Assembly (NCBI GenBank): GCA_027459525.1
Contig: DAIDIC010000093.1
Location: forward strand, 8,039-72,038
DNA from: Ktedonobacteria bacterium
GTDB lineage: Bacteria > Chloroflexota > Ktedonobacteria > Ktedonobacterales > JACDGC01
DNA: 64,000 nucleotides
Reading direction: 5' to 3'
Each line of letters starts with the position of its first letter. Positions within the stretch are counted from its first letter, which is position 1. The position numbers were made by a program, and so were the translations under genes. The notes below the pieces were generated by a model, which saw only the letters and a list, made by a program, of their open reading frames with translations, had not been told where the DNA came from and did no database searches. Below, piece by piece: positions 57,382 to 64,000 of the stretch.

Positions 57382-57557
57382 ACACTCGATAGCGCCGCGC
57401 GTGGCGCTTTTCTTCATGAGAAGATTGCGCTACAGCCAAATAAAGCCGTTTCGTCCAACACTAATGCAAAAAGATCTGGGAGATCTTCCCAGATCCGACA
57501 AGCGGCGCAAGCACAAATATTTTGATTCGACTATTTTATTATTTAGGAGCATACATA

Positions 57558-59366
57558 ATGGCGGCGGTCTTTTTTCAAGAAGATGAAATGCTTGGAAAAG
57601 CGTATGACGCTCGTATCGTGCGGCGTTTATGGAAATATATAAAACCATATTGGCGGCGCCTGCTTTTAGCGTTGCTATTCCTCTTGTCAACTTCGGTAAC
57701 CGATCTATTAGGGCCTGTTATTGTTGCCAATGCAATTGACTCATTTATAACGCCAACCGGCGCCGGCGCATCTTTCAGTGTACAAGCGCGCGAAATTGGC
57801 GTTTTCCACAGCGCTGCGCTGTATATCGGCATACTGAGTCTAGGATTTACCCTGCGCTATCTGCAAGGCTATACAACATCTGTAATGGGACAACTCATTA
57901 TGTTTGATATGCGGTCTGAAATTTTCTCGCATCTGCAAACATTATCACTGGCGTTTTTCGATCGCAACCCGGTCGGCAGATTAATGACCCGCATAACCAA
58001 TGATGTTGATTCATTAAATCAGCTGTTTACCTCGGGCGCAGTAGAATTATTAGGGGATGTAACAACCTTAGTCGGCATTATGGTAGTTATGCTGATTTAT
58101 AACCTGAAACTGGCGCTGATTACTTTTATTGTTATTCCCCCATTGCTGTATGTGGTGTCGCGTTTTCAGGGAGCAATGCGCGACAGTTTCCGCGCACAAA
58201 GAATACGCTTGGCGCGCATTAACGCAACAATTGCGGAAGTTATTTCAGGCATTCAGGTATTGCAGCTATTCAATCGAGAGAAACAAAGTTTCGATGTGTT
58301 TCGGAACATCAATAATGATTTTCGGGTCGTGTCACGCAAATCACTTTTTTACATTGCGCTCTTCTTTCCGGTAATCACTATTTTTTCCAGCGCAGCTACA
58401 GCGTTGGTCATTTGGGTTGGCGGCGGTGACGCGCTGCGCGGAGTTATTTCGTTTGGCGCTTGGGTATTGTTTTTTCAATATATCGATCGCTTCTTTTTGC
58501 CTATTCGCGATTTAGCGGATAAATATACCACGCTGCAAACAGCCATGGCAAGCTCTGAACGAATTTTCCGGATATTAGATGAACAGCCGGCCGTGCAAGA
58601 CAGCTCCGAGCCGCAGCATTTGATGGAGCCGGTTCGCGGTGAGATAACATTTAAAAACGTTTGGTTTGCCTACAACGAAGGTGAATGGATACTTAAAGAT
58701 GTGTCATTTACCATTCCGGCCGGTAAAAGTGTGGCGTTTGTCGGCGCAACCGGAGCAGGTAAAACATCGCTTATCAGTTTAATTTCCCGATTTTATGACA
58801 TCCAAAAAGGAGAAATTCTTATTGACGGTGTCAATATCAAACATATTCCCCAGCGCGAACTGCGCCAACATGTGGGCGCCGTTTTACAAGATCCATTCAT
58901 CTTTGCGGGAGATATTGCGTTTAATATCCGGCTGCATGAAGCGCGAATTACAAACGAGCAGATATACCAAGCGGCGGCGTATGTCAATGCGGCGCCATTT
59001 ATTGAGCAGCTTCCGGGCGGCTACAGCCATATAGTAAATGAACGCGGCGCCGGTCTTTCAGTTGGACAAAAGCAGCTCATAGCGTTTGCCCGCGCAATTG
59101 CGTTTAACCCAGAAATGCTGCTGGTTATGGATGAAGCAACATCGAATGTAGACACCGAAACAGAATATTTGATTCAAGACGCGCTGGAAAAATTGATGAA
59201 AGGCCGCACTTCTATCATTATTGCGCATCGGCTCTCCACAATTCGCAATGTCGACCATATTATTGTGCTGCACAAAGGGCAAATTGTAGAACAAGGCGCT
59301 CATGAACAATTGCTGAATAAGCGCGGAGTTTACTATCGTCTGTACGAACTGCAATACAATCATTAG
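57558..59366 (+). CDS. ABC exporter, fused permease/ATPase (type I, MdlB/YheH-like half transporter)
   Basis: TAGGAG RBS, then ATG 57558. GATGAGKTSL, LSVGQKQLIAFARAI and LLVMDEATSNVD. Confidence 0.9.
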   Translation: MAAVFFQEDEMLGKAYDARIVRRLWKYIKPYWRRLLLALLFLLSTSVTDLLGPVIVANAIDSFITPTGAGASFSVQAREIGVFHSAALYIGILSLGFTLRYLQGYTTSVMGQLIMFDMRSEIFSHLQTLSLAFFDRNPVGRLMTRITNDVDSLNQLFTSGAVELLGDVTTLVGIMVVMLIYNLKLALITFIVIPPLLYVVSRFQGAMRDSFRAQRIRLARINATIAEVISGIQVLQLFNREKQSFDVFRNINNDFRVVSRKSLFYIALFFPVITIFSSAATALVIWVGGGDALRGVISFGAWVLFFQYIDRFFLPIRDLADKYTTLQTAMASSERIFRILDEQPAVQDSSEPQHLMEPVRGEITFKNVWFAYNEGEWILKDVSFTIPAGKSVAFVGATGAGKTSLISLISRFYDIQKGEILIDGVNIKHIPQRELRQHVGAVLQDPFIFAGDIAFNIRLHEARITNEQIYQAAAYVNAAPFIEQLPGGYSHIVNERGAGLSVGQKQLIAFARAIAFNPEMLLVMDEATSNVDTETEYLIQDALEKLMKGRTSIIIAHRLSTIRNVDHIIVLHKGQIVEQGAHEQLLNKRGVYYRLYELQYNH

Positions 59367-59832
59367 CATACGTAAGCGCTCTCACCGAATATTTTGCCCA
59401 AAACACACTATTCCGGTACTATTCCGTGCTTAAACCAAGATTTTTTGCTACTCTATATAATAGATTCAGGGATATGATAAAGCTTTCTTATAAGATTTAC
59501 TCCTTAGACAGCGCGTTGTATCCCATAATCTGCATTGACATGTTCGTATGTTGTTTTCCTTAGAACAAACACATTGTCTCGCCCAGTTTGGCGCCATAAT
59601 CGCTATATGTTCTAAGAATCAACATCGGCAAGAAAGCTAAACTTAACTTTTATGAGTTCTTTATGTTACCGGCGGCTGCGCCTGGCAAATACCGGTTTCA
59701 TCTCAGGTTTGCTTACTGAATCGGTGAAGCGCGATCCTGCTTCAGTCTGGGGTGTTTCGGATCAGTAAATATTTTGAGTGAAACAGACGCAAAACCGCCC
59801 ATCTGCACATTTATTTATTGTGGAGGAGCGCT

Positions 59833-60018
59833 ATGCAGCACTTTAATGATCTTCTTATTGACGATCTGTTAGATCGAGGTTTTACTGTGAATGAAGCGGA
59901 AAAACTTATTCTTCTGCAAGAACACGCAGAGACGGTTATGCGCCGTATTCAAAAGCAGCAAGAGTATGATTATTGGGCCGGAATCAATGTGAAAGGGCCG
60001 AAAGAAAAAAACTGTTAA
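59833..60018 (+). CDS. Small hypothetical protein (61 aa)
   Basis: GGAGGAG RBS at 59822-59828, then ATG 59833. The gene is followed by a strong terminator. I recognised no family motif. Confidence 0.45.
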   Translation: MQHFNDLLIDDLLDRGFTVNEAEKLILLQEHAETVMRRIQKQQEYDYWAGINVKGPKEKNC

Positions 60019-60045
60019 TCTTTCAGATCTGTCTCACTATACATC

Positions 60046-60085
60046 AAACACCATCTTACATTATCTTGAAGATGGTGTTTTTTAT
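60046..60085 (+). terminator. Rho-independent terminator
   Basis: AAACACCATCTT (60046-60057) pairs with AAGATGGTGTTT (60069-60080), followed by a T-run. Confidence 0.75.
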
Positions 60086-60320
60086 TGAATGCGCCTATTT
60101 AGGCGTTATACACAGTAATATAGATGCCAACATCTTTTTATCATTTTCAGCATTCTATTCCGGCAACCACCAAATGTGGTAATGCGCGCAAGTTGTGCGG
60201 CGCAAAAAGTCATAGTCTCAGCAACAGAAACCATTGGATTTTTACAGGCGCTTATTTTTTATAAAGCAATAGCATACGCCACAGCTTACTGATAAAATTC
60301 TTATTAAGAAGGTTTCATTT

Positions 60321-61082
60321 ATGTATCCGTTTCCCATGTATTCAGACACAGTTCCTTCAGTTACTGTAGAACAAATGATTATTGTTGACGATTTGATGAT
60401 ACAATATTACAAAATCAGTCTTATCCAAATGCTGGAAAATGCTGGCCGATGTCTTGCCATCACCGCAAATATGTTATTTTTACAGGGCAGCCCAGCCGGT
60501 AAAACAGTCGTTGTTTTGGCCGGCAACGGCGGCAACGGCGGCGGCGCTATAGCATGCGGGCGCCGGCTGCATAATTGGGGTGCGCATGTCATCCTTGGTC
60601 TGGCGCGGCCGGAATCGGAGCTAAAAAGCGCAACAATGCTGCAGATAGAAATCATCCACTCACTCGGCGTTCCTATCATTTCTGCGGAAGATCTGCCGCA
60701 CATTGCTTCACCAGACCTCGTTATCGACGGAGTTATAGGCTACAGTTTAAATGGCGATCCCACCGGCGGAGCCGCATCGTTGATTCACTGGGCAAATAAT
60801 CAACCAGCGCCAGTTCTAGCGCTGGATATTCCATCCGGCGTCGACGGCTCTGACGGTATACCACACGGAATCGCCGTGCGATCCACGGCAACTGTAACTT
60901 TAGCGCTGCCTAAAAAGGGATTGTATGCCCCAGCAGCGCGCGCGTTTGTGGGAGATCTCTATCTGGCGGATATCAGCGCGCCGCCGGAACTATATACTCA
61001 TCCATCATTAGGTTTAATCATACCCGCAGACCTTTTTGCGCAATCTGACATTGTGCGGCTGCGCTACCCAAACAGCGACTAA
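60321..61082 (+). CDS. NAD(P)H-hydrate epimerase (YjeF N-terminal domain only)
   Basis: VVVLAGNGGNGGGAIACGRRLHNWGAHV and DGVIGYSLNGDP are typical of the YjeF_N / AI-BP family. No C-terminal dehydratase domain is present. Confidence 0.8.
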   Translation: MYPFPMYSDTVPSVTVEQMIIVDDLMIQYYKISLIQMLENAGRCLAITANMLFLQGSPAGKTVVVLAGNGGNGGGAIACGRRLHNWGAHVILGLARPESELKSATMLQIEIIHSLGVPIISAEDLPHIASPDLVIDGVIGYSLNGDPTGGAASLIHWANNQPAPVLALDIPSGVDGSDGIPHGIAVRSTATVTLALPKKGLYAPAARAFVGDLYLADISAPPELYTHPSLGLIIPADLFAQSDIVRLRYPNSD

Positions 61083-61125
61083 AAACACCGCAAATACCAC
61101 AATTCTCATTGTTTGAACTGCTTGC

Positions 61126-62088
61126 TCAAGATGAATACGCCCATTGCAAAAGCGCTTCGGTGTCTTGGAAGCGCGCGTCATAAACAGGCTCTCCCAACAC
61201 CACTACAATATATTCTAGGCCATTATGCATTGCCGCAGAGGTAAAGCAATAACCGGCGTTACCAGTAAAACCTGTTTTACCGCCAATAACATCCAATGTG
61301 GCGTTTGCCTTGCCAAACGGAGTGGTAGAATCAAGAAATTTATTGAGACTCTGCAGCATCAGCGATGGATGCGATCCGGTCGCCGGAATATAGTAAAATT
61401 CCGTCCCGACTATGCTTTGAAACAGCGGAAAAGACATAGCAAAAGCAGTTAAATGCGCCAAATCTTCGGCCGTAGTATAGTGATTGCTGGCGTCCAGCCC
61501 TGTAGTGTTTGAATAACTTGTATGAGAAAGCCCTAAAGCGGCGGCAAAACGGTTCATCAGTCGCACATAGGCCGCTTGCGATCCCATTAATCCATCTGCA
61601 ATAGCTACCGCGGCGTCATCCCCGGATGGCAGCATCATTCCATAAAGCAGCTGCCGCAATGTATACACCTGTCCCGGCAAACAGCCCATACGGCTGGCGT
61701 CCAGCGGCAAAAGACTTACATCATTAGAAACAGTAATTGGCGTATCCAAACTGCCCGGGAAATCATAGATAGCCACCAACGCCGTCATAACTTTTGTTGT
61801 GCTGGCCATTGCCACTTCCTGATTAGCATTATACGCATACTGAGGACCACTGCCGTTTGGTGTAAATAGAAAAGCGTTGGTTGCAGTAATTGCCGGCGGC
61901 AAAGCTATATGAAAATTCTGAAAAAGCTGGGTCATATCGACAGATTGACTGGTTGCCGTCGCCACAGCTGCGCTGGACAGAGCCGTTGGTGTATGAAATT
62001 TTTCGGCAAAAATTCCCATAAATATTGAGCCAACTAATGTAACAATAACTACCGAGCTAATAATAATCCGATTGCGAATAGAATTCAT
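61126..62088 (-). CDS. D-alanyl-D-alanine carboxypeptidase (peptidase S11)
   Basis: N-terminal TM/signal sequence. SxxK (ASTTKVMT), SxN-like (LPSGDDAA) and KTG (GKTGFTGNAG). Confidence 0.85.
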   Translation of the reverse strand: MNSIRNRIIISSVVIVTLVGSIFMGIFAEKFHTPTALSSAAVATATSQSVDMTQLFQNFHIALPPAITATNAFLFTPNGSGPQYAYNANQEVAMASTTKVMTALVAIYDFPGSLDTPITVSNDVSLLPLDASRMGCLPGQVYTLRQLLYGMMLPSGDDAAVAIADGLMGSQAAYVRLMNRFAAALGLSHTSYSNTTGLDASNHYTTAEDLAHLTAFAMSFPLFQSIVGTEFYYIPATGSHPSLMLQSLNKFLDSTTPFGKANATLDVIGGKTGFTGNAGYCFTSAAMHNGLEYIVVVLGEPVYDARFQDTEALLQWAYSS

Positions 62089-62119
62089 AAAATATTCCCG
62101 TGATATTACAATAAAACCA

Positions 62120-62830
62120 TTATTGAGACTGACACACTAAATAGGGCGAAGAAGGCTCAGGATTGTTGCTTTGCTGTGCAGTAAGCCCCTGAAAATATGG
62201 TTTCCCCGATACCCCATTGCTGATAATTTGCGGAGGAGTAATGGCATAAATATTCCATTGAGTATTGCAGGTAGATGTATCCATTGTAGTAACCCACAGC
62301 GATTCATAAAATACCTGAAAAAGTGTTTTGGTCATTCCGTTGGTGTCATACCATTGCCAAAAATGCTGGTTGGGATAGGCGCGCATATACAGTTCTAATA
62401 TTTGCGTTTGTATTTGCGCGCTCAGCTGTGTTACCGATTTGCTGGAGCGCAGCGGCTGGGTAATCAGATCTATTTCGCCGGCTTGGTATGTAGTGACAGT
62501 AATAAGAGCATTGGGGTATAACGTATGAATTTCCTGAAACGCTTGAACAGGCGTTAGCGAAGCCACTGCAACAGGCTCGCCAAAATGAAACAGCGACGGC
62601 GGCACATTTGCTTTATTGGCAATAAAATACCCCGCAGCCATAAATATCACCGCAGCCAATACACCCGAAAGCGCCGTAACTATCCTACGAGCGCCGGTTC
62701 GCGGAGCAGCAGATGCGGCGGCGGATACTGTTCTGCTATTGCCGCTGCGCACAGCGGTTGGGGCGCTGCGCGCAGAAGATTTACGCGCCCCCGGCTTTAC
62801 ATTTGATGGATAATATGGCGAGTTACTCAT
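62120..62830 (-). CDS. Hypothetical membrane-anchored protein
   Basis: ATG 62830 lies 5 nt after the prmC stop. The N-terminus is basic and Pro/Ser-rich, followed by one TM helix (LSGVLAAVIFMAAGYFI) and a ~150-aa domain. Confidence 0.5.
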   Translation of the reverse strand: MSNSPYYPSNVKPGARKSSARSAPTAVRSGNSRTVSAAASAAPRTGARRIVTALSGVLAAVIFMAAGYFIANKANVPPSLFHFGEPVAVASLTPVQAFQEIHTLYPNALITVTTYQAGEIDLITQPLRSSKSVTQLSAQIQTQILELYMRAYPNQHFWQWYDTNGMTKTLFQVFYESLWVTTMDTSTCNTQWNIYAITPPQIISNGVSGKPYFQGLTAQQSNNPEPSSPYLVCQSQ

Positions 62831-62835
62831 AGCCT

Positions 62836-63762
62836 TCACTCCGCAGGTAATTGAATAACAACAAAACGATCCCAGCTTGCGTAATCTTTGCCGCAAGTAA
62901 TTGCGGCGCGCGGAAATATACGCAGCGCAAACTCCGAGATCCGATCTTGCTGGTCAAACCCATGTTCCAGCGCAATTATGCCGCCGGATTTTAATTTTGC
63001 TTTGGCCATTTCCAAAAGACTGAAAATATGTCGCAAACCGTGATCTTCACTGAACAACGCCATATGCGGCTCATATTTTACAACATTCGGCTGCGCGCCA
63101 TGAGCGGCGGGATCCGTATCAATATACGGTAAGTTTGCGATGATAAGATCAACAGGAACCGGAACAGGTTCCAGCAGATTTCCCTGCAACAAAGTAACAC
63201 GATCGCTCATATGCGCGCGGTCGCAGTTGCTCTGCGCCAAGGTCAGCGCATCCTGTGAAATATCTACAGCAAATATTCTGCCGATGCGCGGCGCTAACGT
63301 CAGCAGGGCAAGAGCAATGGCGCCGCTGCCAGTTCCGATATCTGCCGCCAAAATATCCGGAACAGCGCCATCCGGAATATCATCCTCATCCGGCAAAACA
63401 CCAAAACGGCTTTCCAAAGCGCGCGAAGCAGCTTCAACCAACAGTTCGGTTTCCGGCCGTGGAATAAGCGCGCGAGGATCAACTGAAATCTCAAGACCCA
63501 TAAACCATTTTTTCCCGGTTATATAGGCCGTCGGCTCACCCTGTGCGCGACGCTGAATAAGATCATGATAACGTATTATGTCCGATTCCGCAAGCGCGCG
63601 TTCCGGATACGCCATTAAAACAGATCGCGGAACATCCAAGACAAACGCCAGAAGCACATGCGCGTCTAGTTTGGGAGTTTCGCAGCCGGATGCGGCAAGT
63701 AGTCGGATACCCCAAGCTGCTTGCCCTCCCCAAGTATGTTCCTCTGCATTTTTTTCAGGCAT
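62836..63762 (-). CDS. prmC: Peptide chain release factor N5-glutamine methyltransferase
   Basis: SAM motif ADIGTGSGAIAL. Catalytic NPPY-type IANLPYI. HemK N-terminal helical domain. Confidence 0.9.
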   Translation of the reverse strand: MPEKNAEEHTWGGQAAWGIRLLAASGCETPKLDAHVLLAFVLDVPRSVLMAYPERALAESDIIRYHDLIQRRAQGEPTAYITGKKWFMGLEISVDPRALIPRPETELLVEAASRALESRFGVLPDEDDIPDGAVPDILAADIGTGSGAIALALLTLAPRIGRIFAVDISQDALTLAQSNCDRAHMSDRVTLLQGNLLEPVPVPVDLIIANLPYIDTDPAAHGAQPNVVKYEPHMALFSEDHGLRHIFSLLEMAKAKLKSGGIIALEHGFDQQDRISEFALRIFPRAAITCGKDYASWDRFVVIQLPAE

Positions 63763-64000
63763 TACTTCCCATCCTCATTCGCGTGGGCAGATTGCGCGCC
63801 ATTGCGATATCCTTCGCGCAATTCACGCACTAATTCGGCGCGCTTAGCATAGAGCCGTTTATGCGCGCGCGGTTCGGCGCGAGTTACAGCATAGGCGGCA
63901 AGCAGGGGAAAACTAACAGTGGAATCACCATATACCACTATTGAATCGGGCAATTGATCGGGTTTAATCTTTCCCCAAGAAACTGCTTCTGAAGGAGTAG
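63762..64000 (-). CDS. Deoxyhypusine synthase-like protein, C-terminal end only (5' part lies outside the window)
   Basis: The frame is open to the window edge. The translation ...[37 protein letters not shown] matches the conserved EAVSWGKI ... D-T-[IV]-x-[FL]-PLL C-terminal region of the DHS family. Confidence 0.6.
   Translation of the reverse strand, partial: TPSEAVSWGKIKPDQLPDSIVVYGDSTVSFPLLAAYAVTRAEPRAHKRLYAKRAELVRELREGYRNGAQSAHANEDGK

Overview
This is a 64-kb bacterial chromosomal window, densely coding, with AAGGAG-type ribosome-binding sites; TAA, TAG and TGA are all used as stops. I found no rRNA, tRNA or CRISPR array, no intact mobile element, and no recognisable canonical defence system.

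Gene content, left to right:
- The 3' two-thirds of gyrB, interrupted by a 164-aa mini-intein.
- An FmdB zinc-ribbon gene.
- An ECF sigma operon with a putative anti-sigma factor.
- A DHA2 MFS efflux gene broken by one in-frame TGA.
- A TroA/ZnuA-type metal importer operon (binding protein plus two permeases, no ATPase) behind a promoter that overlaps a perfect palindrome.
- A single-pass membrane protein with a TIR-like head and two jelly-roll ectodomains.
- An ABC-2 exporter operon, an SRPBCC gene, an AT-rich islet, and an LLM oxidoreductase.
- A complete kdp locus: kdpFABC, a stand-alone KdpD N-terminal/Usp gene, upstream kdpD-C/kdpE, an unlisted kdpF, and an extra micro-ORF.
- Thiolase, an isobutyryl-CoA-mutase-like large subunit, and a GMC oxidoreductase.
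- A small accessory islet: a decayed TnpB fragment, a CuA-like cupredoxin lipoprotein, and a membrane-protein gene bracketed by hairpin repeats.
- A beta-glucoside locus: GH1, an Opp/Dpp-type ABC transporter, an AraR-type regulator and a GPH/MFS carrier.
- wecB/wecC, mnmA-rimI-tsaB-tsaE, purQ, birA, a heterodimeric ABC exporter, an NAD(P)HX epimerase, a D-Ala-D-Ala carboxypeptidase, prmC, and the 3' end of a deoxyhypusine-synthase-like gene.

The most novel-looking items are all inferences that need database or structure checks:
- the TIR-like/TM/tandem jelly-roll protein;
- the 32-aa ORF translationally coupled to kdpF;
- the membrane-protein cassette bracketed by a 24-nt repeat, next to the TnpB remnant;
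- the GC-rich twin-hairpin leader upstream of the thiolase gene.
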